Assembly: GCA_001643675.2 (NCBI GenBank)
Contig: LSRY02000065.1
Span: 310,001 to 374,000 of the forward strand
Direction: 5' to 3'
Source: Monocercomonoides exilis PA203
Lineage: Eukaryota > Protista > Preaxostyla
Length of the DNA stretch: 64,000 nt
Both the position numbers and the translations under genes were made by a program. Below the pieces are notes generated by a model. That model was not told where the DNA came from, ran no database searches, and saw nothing but the letters and a program-made list of their open reading frames with translations. This document shows positions 23,300 through 37,329 of the stretch, piece after piece (positions within the stretch are counted from its first letter, which is position 1; each line of letters begins with the position of its first letter).

Positions 23300-25434
23300 A
23301 TGAAATATGTGATCTGAGGAGAATAGAATCGAACCTGCATGGAGATGGAGCAAAGAGTGCGTTTATGGTGGGAGGCGGGGCTCTGGATGTGTTGGATGGT
23401 CAAGTTGTGTTTAACAGTCTGGAGGAAGAGGTGGAAGCAGAGGCATGCAATGCGGAAGAGTTTCAGCTGGTGCATGGCACAGGCTTGGAGCTTCCGGTGA
23501 GGAGCACTTGCGTCGTGCTGCAGAATGAAGTGAGCGTGCTTTATGAGACAGCGATTGAGGTGGTGCAAATGAAACGCAAGTCTGTGGAAATGATTCTTTT
23601 GAATATAGGTGTTCCAGAAAGCATGGGAGGAGGAACTGTGGAAGTGGATCTTGGATCTGCGAAGTGACTGAAGCAAAAACAGAAAAGCAGTATTAGGAGG
23701 AACAACTTCAGTGCGCTTGCGCTCGGAGTTCTGTGGGCGATGCGAGTTTTTGTATGTGGGGAGAGCTTGGGAAGCACGGAAGTGGAGGTGAAGCTGTTGA
23801 GGTTCAGCAAGAACAAGACGCGGCGGGGGAAGAATACGCATGTGCGGGAAGTTTGTCAAGGGGTAGTGGCGAAAAAGGAGCGGATACTGTTTGGGTGATA
23901 GATGTGGATGGGAGACGAGGATTCTGAGGAAGAAGAGGAAGAAGAAGAAGAAAATATTTGCTGTTGATTGAGTTTTGTTGAATAAAGGAACTGAATTTGA
24001 TCTGCCTCTGCCTTTTTGATCGGAATTGTTGAGCTGAGAGTCTTCAATATCAGCTGCTGAATGGTTGATGGAATGCTTTGTTGTGTGTTGTGTTTTTGAG
24101 ATTCTCTTCGAAAGACCATATGAATCTGTGTTCAAAGAAGAAGCCAATGAACTTGATGAAGACAAAAAGGTTTGCATCTGAAGAAGATAACTAGATTTTT
24201 CAGAGGGCATGTGAATTGCTTATGATTTGTGTGGCACACTGCACATGCTTCCCATCCACTAATGCCATCACACACGGCAGAGATGAGTCAAACAATAGAA
24301 CAGTCCCACACAGAAGTTGAATGCTGCTTCTGGACACTTCTCTCAGAAACATTGAGGATGTGAACGACTCTGCCCGCTTCTTCAGAGAGAATATCGTTGA
24401 CTGTGTGCGATTTTGTGTATGTGTCTGTGTCTGTGATTGTGATTGTGAATGAGAATGTACCTGTCCCTCTGCTTTGCCTGGTGAAACAAACAATCTTCCT
24501 GTGCTCGCTTTTTCCAGCATTGCCAAGTGCTTCGAGGAAGCAGAAGAAGGCAGAAGACAATCGAGTCTGGCTGTGTTTCCATCTTCATCTGCAAATAGAG
24601 GATAATCTGTGATTCTATTGCTTCTATTGTTTCTATCATTTCAGCTTCTTCTATTGCAGTTGCGGTTGCTGTTGTTGTCTTCGCAAAGCAGAGAAAGCAA
24701 AGAAAAAGAAGCCTTCATCGATAGGAGGAAAGATGTCACTCCTTTCAGCATTTCCACATCATTTGATGGCAGACGCAGATAAAGCAAGGCTGCCGGGGTA
24801 CGCGACGACTGCAGAACAAGAGGCCTTTCACGGAGCATTGAATGTCTTTTGAAAGAAGAAGAAGAAATGTTGATGGAGCGAAGGAAAGAGGATGTTGAAT
24901 GAGACTGCAGCTCGTCAAAGTGGAGGGAGGACTTGAGAGAGGAAGGCTGGTATGTGCTTTGTTGGGTGTAGGGGTGCTGAGAAGGATGTGAAGATTGTGA
25001 AGAAGAAGAAACAGAAGAAGAAACAGAAGGACGAGAATTAATCACATCGCTCTTTGTTCTTCCATGGACTGACTTCACAGGCACAGCGGAAGGGGCTGAC
25101 AAGAACATCGACTGATAAGAAGCGAAGGATGTGGATGAATGGAGCTGATTGCGAGAGAAAGGGAGCATTCCATTTGTGTCCTTTTAGGAGTGCTTTGTGG
25201 CTGCTTCTTTGCCTCTCAGCAGCAGACTGCCTGCGGAGTCAGCTTTTGCAATGGAAGAGTGAGGGTCATGTGGTGATTGATATGATTGAGATGATTGCAA
25301 TGAATTTAATGATTGATGTGATTGGGTAGATTGAATTGGTTGAGATGACTGAGGCGATTGAGGTGTTTGCAATGGAATAGGAGAAGAATGAGAAGGAGAA
25401 GAGGCTGAAGGTGAGGCTGAAGAAGGAGAATTGT
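23300..25434 (-). pseudogene. 3' portion of a Ser/Gln-rich host gene split by the 15-kb element; disabled
   Basis: Acceptor cttaactcacctcag at 25435-25449. ORFs 25184-25372, 24641-25168 and 24200-24526 lie in one frame separated by single stops; frameshifts follow further downstream. Confidence 0.7.
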
Positions 25435-25497
25435 CTGAGGTGAGTTAAGGGGAAAAAGAAGGAGTGACTGTTGATAAAGATGAAGATGTGGAAGAGA

Positions 25498-26191
25498 GGC
25501 ATAGGTGTATTTAAGGTCCTTTTTCGATTCTTGATTATTCTTTAAAACATTATGATAAATAAAAAGTAGAATTAATAATAAAACATTTGTATGGACTGGA
25601 ATTTTGAAATTCTTTTTGATCCTTGAGAAAAAACTATTTTTAAAAATCACCCATAAATCTGAGTATTTTTTCAAAATTTTGATAATAATTGATAATTTTA
25701 AAATAATAAGCAGCTGAGAAGTTGTTAATTATTATATACTCTTATTATAAAAATGATTTTTCAAAAAATAAAACATAAAAAAAAATAAATTAAAAAATTA
25801 AAATATTTTGATCTATCCCACAATTATATTTTTAATATCCAAAAAATAAGAAATTACTTTCTTTCGTCAAGAATTGAACCCCAGCTTGTAAATCTGAGAC
25901 AAATCAAATGTTTAGAAATATTATTAAAGTGTGCAATTAAAGATTATTAAAATTTCATTCTATCCTTAATGAATTTTGTTTATGATTTTTAAGCTGATCA
26001 ATTTTGTGCAGTTTGAGGATATTAATGTTATGCCGTGATGATCTTGAATTAAGAAACGCTGGTGACGCCAACAAAGTTTGAATTTCATATGAATTAACTT
26101 ATTTATAGAATATTTTAACGATTTTCATTATATTTTAATTTATTTTCTTCTGAAATAAGATAGAATGCAAAATGCAAGAGGATATTTATTG
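25498..26191 (+). repeat. Left 694-bp TIR
   Basis: Reverse-complement match to 39925-40618; duplicated ORFs MKKYSDLWVIFKNS... and ...LHFAFYLISEENKLKYNENR. Confidence 0.95.
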
Positions 26192-26610
26192 GATTTGAAG
26201 AATGCATTCTGAAAACAGAATCGCTGGCAGAAATAAAATTCTTTGGGATTGTTGTTCCATCGAGTTTTAAAAGGACAATCTCTACAGTGATTGAATCGAG
26301 CACTCGAAATGGAGAGTTACACATGTCGAACTGCGCAATGAGTGTGAATGGAGTGAAGGGAAACACAATTGGATTTTTCTTGATCAAATCTACAGGAAAG
26401 ATGGTTGAACCGGACTCTCTCATGATTTCAGATGTGAAATCATCAGTCTCGCTATTTTCAATTTCGCTTTCGTCTGGAAATGTGAATAATCAGAACTACA
26501 AGATGAAACTGTTGAATTGCACACAAGAAAGATTGGAGATTGATAGCACATCAGCAGTTGATGGAGAGGCAGCAGCATTTGGAGGGAATATGTGTGATAT
26601 TTTATGAGAT
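26192..26610 (+). pseudogene. Receptor-ectodomain-like fragment abutting the left TIR
   Basis: Open frame ECILKTESLAEIKFFGIVVPSSF...GELHMSNCAMSV... resembles the style of the receptor ectodomain; no start codon, TM or tail. Confidence 0.5.
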
Positions 26611-27559
26611 CATAAAATCGTTGCATCGTTGATCTTTCATGAGTAATTTTTTTTGTTGTTTTATAATTTTCATTTTAAAAAATATTTGTAAATCTGAAGA
26701 GGGATCCTTTTTGAATTAAACAACAAGCAATCGATATAATGTTTTTCAATTAAAGATTTATTGGAAAAAATGTTATGGCTAATTTGATTGTTCAGTTATC
26801 TTTTTTCCATGAAAGTTTATAGACCGGATAAGAAAAGGGATAATGAACATTCTATGTGGGATAAAAGATATAATTTTCCTCAGAAACAAGGTCAGTGAAG
26901 ATTGGGAATTGATGATGGAATTTGACAAGATGATTTTTGTGAAAAGCATCTTTGAAGGAAATACATTTTCCAAAATAACATATGAAAAAATTAATGTATG
27001 CTTTTTTCTTTTGTTCTCATTTTGAACGAGGATGTTTCCATCTGTGGATTTCTCAGAGCTCAAGAATCTGATAAAAAATATAAATGGCTATTTGTTTGTT
27101 TTTCTGAGGAGAACATCAGAAGAGGCTGGATGACGAGAGACAACCATCAGATGGGAATTGCATGCATTTTGTTTTCATTTGGTACAGGGGAAGAAAATGA
27201 ATAAAATTGAAAAGCATTTGGATGAAAGCGAAAAGGAATGAAAACAATTGGGCAGCATTTAGAAAGAAAATAATTCGAGATATTTTTTTCTGAAAAAAAT
27301 TGTAGACAACATCTAAAGCAGGACATTAATGTTTGAATAAAGGATTATGGGAAAAGGAGCGTTGGGAAACAATCGAAAAGGAGATTGACAGCATTAGTGA
27401 TTGGGCAATCCTCTGCATTTGTGATTAGATGGTTAGGTGCGTTCTTTTGAGGAATTTTTTAAATCAATGCAAAACTAACTATTTTAATATCTTTTTTATA
27501 ACTTTTTTTCTCACAGACAACAGCCTTTTTTTATCGAGTGTCATTCGCAGGGACAATCC

Positions 27560-30500
27560 ATTTCAAGCAACATTTTACGAATTATGTGGTTTCTTCTCAG
27601 TCTTCTCCTTCTTCTCATTCTTCGCTATCTTCGCAATAGTCTGCTTCACATGCATTGAATGTCGGGAGTCAGCCTCATTTTGAGCATCCAAGCAGCAGTG
27701 CTTCTGTTCCAATGCAACAAGAAGAAGACAGACAAATTCCTCTATCATCATTTTCTTCCTCATCTTATTCATCTTGTTCTTCTTCTTCTCTCAAAAATGC
27801 ATATTATTCTATTATACATTTTAAAAACCACATGTTTTCAAGATTAGTGAAATGTTTGTTCATTTCAAGAAATTCTTTAAAAGAAAACGTGGGGAATAAG
27901 TTAAAGATGATTTAAATGAAACAAGAAGAAAAAGAAAAAGGTTTCGAAGAAGAAGACAACGCGGATGATGATTTGGGCTGCGAAATCGAAGGATCGATCA
28001 CACACAATGCACACTCAAAGGATAGCAGCATGTTGTTGATCGTTAACTCTTTCTCGCTCGGGAACTGCTTGTGCTGTGCTGAAGAAGAAACAGCAGCAGA
28101 AGATAAAGGCAAGTCATCTCCTCCTTCGTCCTCCCTCTGCCACGCAATCTACTCGTGGAACTGCACCACACCTTTCTCGTATCACAGCAGCATCCCAAAG
28201 CAGTTCGCCACTTCAACCTCATTCCTCCTCAGCTACAGCCCCACAAACTCCACCAGCAGCCGCACAATCCAGAACAGCGCCCGCCGCCTTCTTTCTTCTC
28301 CACCGCCGACTATACAGCCTCCACACGCAGCTTCAGCCCTGCACCTCCCGACACTTCCGATAGCACCCGCACGCAGTCGTACAGCTCCGGCTTCAGCAGC
28401 TCCAAGTGCAGGCTCACAGTCTTCGCAGCTGCTCAATTCTCAGACGCTGTCAGAGGCGCCTGCCGGTCGGACAAATCGCATACCTTCAGCAGCCGCGGGA
28501 ATCGCGCGAAGATGTTGTTGGGCTGTCACACCTCCCGCACAGACGCAAACGATGACAGACAGCTGCCTGACAGCCTGTACGCATCCCGGAAGATCCGCAG
28601 CGACAGCGACTTTGGAGTATGCAAATAACACACACAGAAGTGATTCCAGTTCTCCAAACACAATTCCTCTGAAAACTGCCTCTGATGGTAAAAATGAAGA
28701 AGTCCATGCATTTCCAGAACATTTGACATCACACAGCACCTTCATCTCCTCCTTCAGCTTCGCTGCCTCTGCGCGGCAGTTGTTTGGCAGAAACCTCCGA
28801 AACACAGATGCATCTGCCTCTCCCTTCTCCGACTTCATCCTCTCAAATTCACAAAAAAATATCTTGATCTTCTTCTCAGAAGCCCTTTCAAACAACGTGT
28901 TGGAGCACTTCTGGTACATTTGGAACGATTCTATCAGGAAGTTTTCGCTCTCTTCCGTCAGCTGCTGTAACAGAACACACTTCAAGCAGTAGCGTGTCAC
29001 AGTGCATGAAGAACAACAGTTCATCTTTAGTGAACAATTCATGAACAAACTTTCCAAACACCCGTTCCTCCGCAAAATCCTTCAGGAACAGCTAAACACA
29101 GTGAATCATCGCCTTCTGCACAGCTTCACTCTTCTTCTGATTCTCAATCACCCCTTGAACAGGGCCCTTCTGCTTTCTTGTTATCTGTGCGTGCACTTTC
29201 AGCAGCTTTATCAGAATCTTCGTTTCCTTCTTCATCTGGTTCGTCTTCTGCTTCTCAGTTGTATCCACTCATCCTCCATCACCATCGCCAACGTTTTCTG
29301 CTCCACCACTGCTTGCTTCTCCCACAACACTCACTCCGCTTCCCACTTTCATATCAACCCGCTTCCAGCTCGGGTTTGTGTCGAACATCACAGCGCTGCA
29401 ATCTTCTATGCTCGCTGAAAACTTCTCCTGGAATTTTTCAAACAGATGCGACTGAAGTATCAACGAAATCAAAAACAGAACCATCACTTCTTGCACAGAG
29501 AAACCAACGAAGAAGATATGAAAAGCTTAACCCCCATCCACAAGTTTTCGCTAACCATCCACACTCACAACTCCATCCTGTTGCATCTTGCGTTTCTTTT
29601 CATTCGAAATCCACTCAACACTCAGTTCAACATTCTCATAATCGCAACATACTGACCTGCAGCTCCTTCACCTATTCATTGCACTTCTCGCTCAGCTGAA
29701 GAATCTTCCAATCACACATCTGGATGAGATTGCCATTCCCTCACACAACTCTTTTAGTCACTCGTCAGCTTCAAAAGCCTCTTATCATTTCAAATATAAT
29801 GCATCCTCATGTTGAACTCCATAAACTTCTTATCCGTCTCCTGTTTCACCACTTAATGTTTTTTTTTCTCTTCTACTACTCCTCCTCAGTCTTTTCCTTC
29901 TTCTTCCACTTCTTCTGCTTCTTCTGCTCCTTCTCTCTCCTCCATTACAACCAGCACAATCGCTTCCATCACATGAACGATATCCTCCATCTTCAACATT
30001 TCCGCCTCCATCGCCATCTCCCAAAATTTTCCTGCACTTTGTTCACTGCAACCACAAGCCGCATCACTTCCTCTTTCATCTTATTCGTCATCACAACGCT
30101 CCTCGACTTCATCGATTGCAAAACCAGCCACGCTGTCTCCAACGGAAGCAGCTACGGACAAAAAAGATATGTAGATCGATGGGAACGCATCCACACTTGC
30201 ACAACAAAGACATTCTTGCTTCCAGACTTTATCAACAGCGATTCATCAATAGAAGGAAGCGGAGCAACAAGCGCAATAGAAAGCATCATCGAAAGCACAA
30301 CTTCAGAGGTGCACTCAACGGCCCCAAGCAGCACCGCCTTCCGCGCCACAACATAACCTAGCAGTTTCTGCAGCAGCATCTGCTTGTTACGTACATACAC
30401 CCCAGCCGCCTTAGGCACCAAAATCCGTAGTCGAATCTCGATTTCATTCATAGCTGCTACCGACATCTATGATGCCACAGCAGCCGAGGCACCCGATGGA

Positions 30501-30820
30501 TAAATCGCAGGCGCTGATGAAGATACGGATGATTTATTACACCTGTCACGTTCTTCTCTTTTCTTCTCAACATCTAGATTGAAGAGCCAAAATGGAGTTA
30601 TGCTCCAGTTGAAGAAGAAGATGAAGATGGAGAAAATAATAAAGGCGCAGAGTGAAGCGAAGACTTTGGTGAAGGATCAACCTCAAGAAGCTTTTTCAAA
30701 TACTCCAAAACGTCAATCCGTAGCTCTTCCAATAACAGAAACACTTCATTTATATCAGGATCAGATATATCGATCATCGGCCAATGCTCACCGTTTTTGT
30801 GTGATAAGAACTTTTTAACA
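27560..30820. pseudogene. GC-richer decayed coding fragments of unknown identity (cargo)
   Basis: Coding-like composition with overlapping broken ORFs (27916-28992, 29002-29418, 29724-30356); no motif recognised and strand uncertain. Confidence 0.35.
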
Positions 30821-31580
30821 ATAAATTCTCCTTGAAATATCTAAAAGAGGAAAAAAAAGATGAGAAAAAAGCAAAAGAGAAAATTTCATCCACAAAAGAT
30901 GTGATTCGTCATAAGATTCAAAAAATGATTCATATCATTTTGAGTTTTTGATTTCAGGTCTTTTGATGTTGATATTGCAGATAATATTAGATTTTTTGAA
31001 ACATAAGTAATCAATTAATTTGTTTTAATTCTTGAATATAATTTTTCGTTCTTGAGTATTATTACGTTTGAATTCTCGTTATCATTAACTTTCAAAAAAA
31101 TAATAAAAGACATACGACTTTTCACCTTTTCGTATTTTCAACTCATTGAAATATAGAAATGTTTATGAAAGTTCAAAAAATAAAAATGTCTTTTCAAATG
31201 GATGAAACAAAAAAGGCAAAAATTAATGGAAATAAGTGTTTGCAACAAATAACAACAAATAGTTAACTTTTTAAATCAAATATGAAAAGTTAATTCAAAT
31301 ATTTTGTGAAATAGATCTTTTTGAAACTTTATATTCGATGATACGCAAAAGAAATACAAATGTGAAATTCACAAAAATAAATGATGGGAACGGAATGATC
31401 AACATTTAATAATCATTTTTTTTAAAAGGGATAAAATAAATATCATGTAACTTTTCAAAGAAAAATACCCATTTGTTATTATTATAAATATTTTTATTAA
31501 AATAAATTGTTTTTTTCTCCAATTCAATCTGTCACATTTGAAGAGTCGAATTTAATGATCCCATAAAAAATCACCCATAT

Positions 31581-31834
31581 GGGTCATTCTTTTTGAAAAG
31601 TCGCAAATGGTTTATTTTTGGGTTTAATAAAATTGAACGTTTTTTGACCAATTTTTTCTTTAAATACTGAAACCTTAATAATATCTTGAATTTGAATTAA
31701 CGAACCAATTTGATGTGAGGAAAAGTGCATGCTCGAGAAATCTGATTGATTCTTTCCTAAAAATTGTCAAATTAGGAACATTTTTTATTAAACTCATTAA
31801 TTAAACATTTGCGATTTTTCAAAAAGAATGACCC
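31581..31834. mobile_element. 254-bp MITE (family C) with ~55-bp TIR flanked by ATAT
   Basis: gggtcattctttttgaaaagtcgcaaatggtttatt... / ...ttaaacatttgcgatttttcaaaaagaatgaccc; ATAT at 31577-31580 and 31835-31838. Confidence 0.8.
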
Positions 31835-34800
31835 ATATGGATGTTGGGATGATACTGAATGGAAGCAATATTGAAGGGGCATTATCAGAGAAGAGTGAAG
31901 AAGGAGGAGCATTGAAGATCGTTCTGAAGAATGGAGGATATATGACAATTCAAGAGAGTTCATTTACTGGATGTATTTGCAAGAATATGAGTGAGGGAGG
32001 AAAAGGAGGAGGGATGTATCTGGATTGCTGTTCGAATGGAGGAGGATTTCAGCTTTTATTGATATCCTTTTCTGGATGTTCAGCAACAGTTGGGAAGAAC
32101 ATGTTTGAAAAGAGCAGCAATCTGGTAAACAGTGTGAATACAGAGCGTTTTTCAATTGTTAACACAGATTACGTGGAGAATGGGAATGCATTTGTTGGGG
32201 AAGATGAGAAATATGGAGAAATGGATCTGCGAGTGTTTCTCGTTGAACTGAAGTGGGTGGAGGTATCTGTATCGACTGGTGGGCATGACACATTGGGGTG
32301 TGGAAGTGATGCGTTTCCTTGTTATTCGATATATCACGGCCTGGTGCATCTGACATCAAAATCTGTTTGTCTGATGTTCATTGTTGATGAGAGTGTGATT
32401 GATAGAGAGATAAATCTGGAAGAATTGAATTTGAGTTCGAAGAGCAGAGAAAATTGTAAAGTTGAAGTGAAATCAAGAATTGAAAAAACAAAGGATTCTT
32501 TGATTTCAACAAGAGAAACAGTCTCGTTGGTGAGAGTGAATTTTATGTTTGATTCGTATTTCATCTCTTCACATGAATCATTGATGTCACCCGAAGGAGG
32601 AATTCTTGAGATAAAAAATTGCTCATTTGACTCAACACAATCAGCTGGAGAAGGAAGTATAGAATTAGCAAACATTCCATTTCACATTATCAACATGGAA
32701 AAAGGAGAATTACAACTTGATGGATACACAATATCAAATCTCATTCTTCAAGAATCTGCATTATATCTTTCATCATCACTTCCATCAGTGATTTATTTGT
32801 TTGAGATCAGCAATCCAACAGTTTCTCATTCGCTTGTTGAAATTATTGAATGTGGACAGTTGAATGTGGATAGATTATTTGTTGAAAATATCACAGTTGA
32901 AGGAAATGAAGAATCATTAATATCTTGCCTGTCAATGAAAAAGACAATTCAGTTAGCAAATTGCACAATAGGTGGAGTCAGTTCAAAGACTACAAAAGGA
33001 AAATTGATGAAGTTGGAGAATTGTTTGGATGTGAAAATGGACAGTTGCATTTTCGATGGAAGTTCAAAGGAAAGAAATGAACAATATTTGAATGTGAAAG
33101 AAGAGATGTGCAGATGGTCAGGATCTCTTGTGGATGTTGTGAAGAGTTCTGTGATGATGAAAGATACAGCAATCTCGAGTTCAGCAGAAGGCGGAATAAC
33201 AATGAGAGGTGGAAATGTGATTATTGAAAAAGGAAAGTTTATGAACAAAAATCCATCAATTGAAGGATATCCATCGCTGAGAAGGAACATGATATGTTCA
33301 GATTCTGGAACATTGAATGTGAGGAGTTTGAAAGGTGGTGATGGAGTTTTGCCAAATTCATCACTTTGGATGTTGAATGATGGGTGCAATTTTGAAGGGA
33401 TTGTTTCAGAGAGAGATTCATCGTTTTTCATTCCTGTGTTGGAGAGTGTGGAAGCAAAAGAAGAGACAGATAGAATGAAGCTGACATTTAAAGGGATGCT
33501 TCTTGTTCCATGCAATCTGTCATTTTCAGTTGTGAAGAGGAAGGGAGAGGAGAAAGAGATTGAACATTATGATTTTGATTCAAATGGATTCTTTTCGGAA
33601 ATAGAAGTTGAAGGAAGCGTGTCAAAAGATCTGATCAGCAGTTGTGAAGATGAAATTGATGTGAGCGCGCATGTTTTGTTTGGGAATGCAGAATCTTCAT
33701 CTTTAACAGATTCATTCATTTTGAAGAATGCGAGCATTACTCCACCAAAAGGAGATGAAAAGATTGTTGAAGGAGGAAAAGAAAGGAGGCGGTCATGGGC
33801 GTTGATAATCGCTGTGATATTTATTTTATTGTTTTTGATTGTTCTTGTAGTGTCTATTATTCTGGCAGTTCGATGGAGAAAGGCAAAGAACGAGAACAAA
33901 GATTTGAGAAAAATTGTGAATGATAACTTCAGAAAAGATCCGAAGTTGATTGAGATGGTGACGATGGAGATATCGCCTGAGGAGCAGTGGAGGAGAGCAG
34001 AGAATGAGGCAGAGAAGAAGAATGAAGAGAAGATCAAGAAGAGGGTGTATGAGAAAACCTTGGGGCATTCAGAATCATCAGAGCATTTGCTGGCTGAGAG
34101 TGGATCAACTGAATATATTCTGGGAAGAGATTCAGACAAGATCCCTCAATGGATGCTGGAGAAGGTTGATGAGGAGACGAGAAAGAGAATACCATCACCA
34201 TCGGTCTCATCCACTTCATCCACTTCAACAACTGACTCAGATTCAACATTTGTTCGAGGGGAAGATCTGTGCCCCACCACCTCATCAATGTCGAACTTGG
34301 TGGATGCAATGGCATGTTCATCTCCGCACGAGAAATTGATTGTGGATCTGAGGGATTCATTGTTCATGTTGTTGCATGGAAGGAATGCGAAGAAGGAGAT
34401 GGCGATTGGATCCTTGAAGGAGAGGGAGCAAACAGCTGCTCAGATCATGTTCTGGGTGGCTAATCTTGCTCTCCACTCATTTGATGAAATGGAAAATCCT
34501 CTTTCTTCTCATTCCAATCTGAGTCCTCATATCGTTCTGTTCTCAGAGCACATGGTGATCTGCATTGTGATGCATTCTGATTTGCTTTTGTCTGATGACT
34601 CAGATTCATCGTCGATTTCTTCATCGACTGTTGTGACTTCTGCAAGTGATGAAGATGAAAGTGACTCTCTTCCCTCATCAGCATTTGAAGATGAAGATAG
34701 CTTCAAAAAAGAGTGCCTGAGGTGGAAGGCATCTGAATTACTGATCAACAAGAAGATGGGCGCAACAAAGGAAACAGTTTCATTTTCGATTGGGATGATG

Positions 34801-35028
34801 GTGTGGGAGTGTTTGACGCTGGAGATCCCATTTGGAGACTTTGAGGCAGAGACTGTGGGAGAGAAGATAAAGAATGGAGAGAGTGCGGTTGTGGAGTTAA
34901 GAAAGTTGTGGAGAGCACGCACAGAATGTGGAAGAAAGGGATATAATGATGGATGTGAATTGTGTATTGTTCAAGCGCATTCCATTGGACATAGTTTTTT
35001 CGATGATGATTCATTCAAAAATTGTTGA
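31828..35028 (+). pseudogene. 5'-truncated paralog of the receptor pseudokinase (partial ectodomain, TM, kinase-like tail) with an aberrant 3' end
   Basis: Cytoplasmic tail near-identical to 1-6729 (MEISPEEQWRRAE, SESSEHLL.ESGSTEYILGRDSDKIP, DLRDSLFMLLHG). The ATG lies in the MITE TIR; no signal peptide; APE changed to ASE; homology lost after ~34885. Confidence 0.82.
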
Positions 35029-35570
35029 GACAGAGTCTTAAAGCGAGAATGCATTACTCGAGTATTTTCATATGTGTGGAGTGCGGATGGAAAAATGTTG
35101 AGAAGAAAATATTCTTTCCTAACAATTCTTTAGGAGAAAGACCAGAATGATAATATGAAACAAAAGAAAATTTGATTCAAATGAGTTTTTATATGTTTGA
35201 AAAAAATTGAGTTTGCAGCGATGAGTTAACAATTGGAATTTAACAAAATGGAAAACAAATTCAAACTTTTTAATAAATAAACTAAATTATCACGTAGGGT
35301 TAACCTTTTGAAATAGTGTTCTCATTATTTTTATGAGTGAAGACAATGCTGTGATCATGTTTGTTTTTGATTATTTTTTTTTTTTGTTTTGTTTTTTTGC
35401 AAAGAGAACATGATAAAAATTTTGCAAATTATTAACAAAATATACTTAAATTTTATATCAAAAAGAAATTTAAAATCTAATTCCAAATGCAATTTTTTTT
35501 GAAATTTTTCCATTATAAATATTCAAAAATTTAAAAATTTGATCATTTGCAGAACAATTATATCAAAAAC

Positions 35571-37078
35571 ATGAGTGAGAACGAATTATTGGAAAAAGAA
35601 TTAACTTTCAGTGAGTTTATTATTCAATAGAACAACAAAAACCATCTTGCAGTAGAATTGTTATCAAAATACGGATTAATCAGAAAAAATAGGAAATGTT
35701 GGAAATACAAAAAAAATATGAATCTGAAGTTGCAAAAAAAGGAAAACGATTACTATGCCTACAAATGTTCAAAATGTGGAAGAATTTTTCGTTGGAGTTA
35801 TAATTCAATATTCATGGAATTTCACTTATCACCAATTAAAATTGTATCTCTTTTATATCATTTTTGGTACAAGCATTCAATAAAGGAAGTTACTTTCGAG
35901 CTGAATGTTGCAAACAAAACTGTTGTGAAATTTAATGAAAAGATGAGAAGAATATGCTGCTTTTTTGAAACGAGCAAAATAGAAAAAGTTGGAGACAATT
36001 GCATTGTTGAAATCGATGAAACTTTAATACACAAAAGAAAAAATGGAGTGGGGAGATGCACAGAACAGCAGTGGTTGTGGGGTGTTATTGAAAGAAAGGA
36101 AAAAGGAAAGCCTCAAAAGCTGATAGTTGAATTTCTTCCTGATAGAAAAGCAGATACAGTTTTTTACTTCGTTAAAAAAAACATTGAAAGATCATCAACA
36201 ATAATGTCTGATAAGTTGTCAGCATACAACTGCATAAGTGATAATGGCTTCACTATAGACAGCGTAAATCACACTCTTAATTTTGTTAAACCAGAAAATC
36301 CAAAGGTTAACACGCAGACTATTAAAAGCATCTGGTCTCATTTGAAAAATCATATTCCAAAACGAGGGAGATCATATTAAAAGACAAAGGAATATGTTTA
36401 CGAGTTTCAATACAGATTCAACAATCGACTTTCTCCAACCGCATTTATGAAAGAATTATCAAAGATTGATAAGAAAAATTTGGATGTCTTTCTTCGTGCT
36501 TACAATGATAGTGCTGAAAATATGATAAGTGTTTTGAATAAAGAAAGAAAATTCAAATTATCATCTTATTATTTGAAAAAAGAGGAAATGAAAAGAAAAA
36601 AAAAAGAAACTATGAAATGGTTGATGAAAGTGAGCTGGATGAAGTTTTAAAGAAAAAAAGATTATCGAAGAAATTGATTGAAACAAATAATATTGAATTT
36701 TTAAAAAGAAGAAAAATTGATGATGAAGAAGAGAAAGAAGAGAAAGAAGAGAAAGAAGAGAAAGAAGAGAAAGAAGAGAAAGAAGAGAGAGAAGAAGAAG
36801 AAGAAACCATCTCAGATTTAGAAACAAAGACTGTTAGAAAAAAAAGAAATATTAGAAACAGATCAAAAAATGGTAGATTCGTGAAAATTACAGAGAATCA
36901 ACAGATTGAAACTTTTATTCTTGAATCAAAACTGTTTTGTGAAAAAAAGGAAACAAAAATTGAGGAGATGGAGAAAAAAGAAAAAGAAAAAACAAAAACA
37001 ATTCAAAATCGAAAAATTCTTGGAAGTTTCATCAAATCAAAAGATATTGGAACCGAGCAATATCCTATTGGTTTGTAG
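35571..37078 (+). pseudogene. Merlin/ISXO2-like transposase, inactivated; TIRs not found
   Basis: YKCSKC, IVEIDET, WLWGVIER, IMSDK, VNH..NFV.P, NTQTIKSIW (catalytic E replaced by K) and YVYEFQYRFN. Stops at ~35628 and 36378; acidic (KEE)n tail. Confidence 0.9.
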
Positions 37079-37329
37079 ATAAATGTATCACAACACTTTA
37101 TTTCACATCACTTTTAAACGATGTTCAAACAATGCAATAAAATTACAAATTATCTTTTTTTGTTTATCATCAAATTTGTCAAAACATGTGAAAAGATTCT
37201 TATCTAATTGTTGGAATTGCATTTATTGAACTGAAATTCAATTATTCTATTTGAATATCCATATTGCAATAACAATCAGATTGAATACAATCACTCAACC
37301 ACAATTTTCTCATTCTCAAACAGCATGAT

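Noticed and set aside
18384-25434. Non-canonical genetic code (TAA/TAG = Gln, as in some oxymonads) explaining the in-frame stops
   Set aside because: The stops include TGA and co-occur with frameshifts; intact genes end in TAA (6729, 53782) and their long exons contain no internal TAR.
25498-26191. Helitron or LTR identity for the 694-bp repeat
   Set aside because: Copies are inverted rather than direct, and there are no TC...CTRR or TG...CA ends.
31542-31565. agagtcgaatttaatg resembling 8124-8147, a possible further element terminus
   Set aside because: Only ~16 AT-rich bases match, and no partner end or TSD was found.
36720-36805. CRISPR-like or functional repeat array
   Set aside because: It is a simple 9-bp tandem (GAGAAAGAA) without spacers, encoding KEE.
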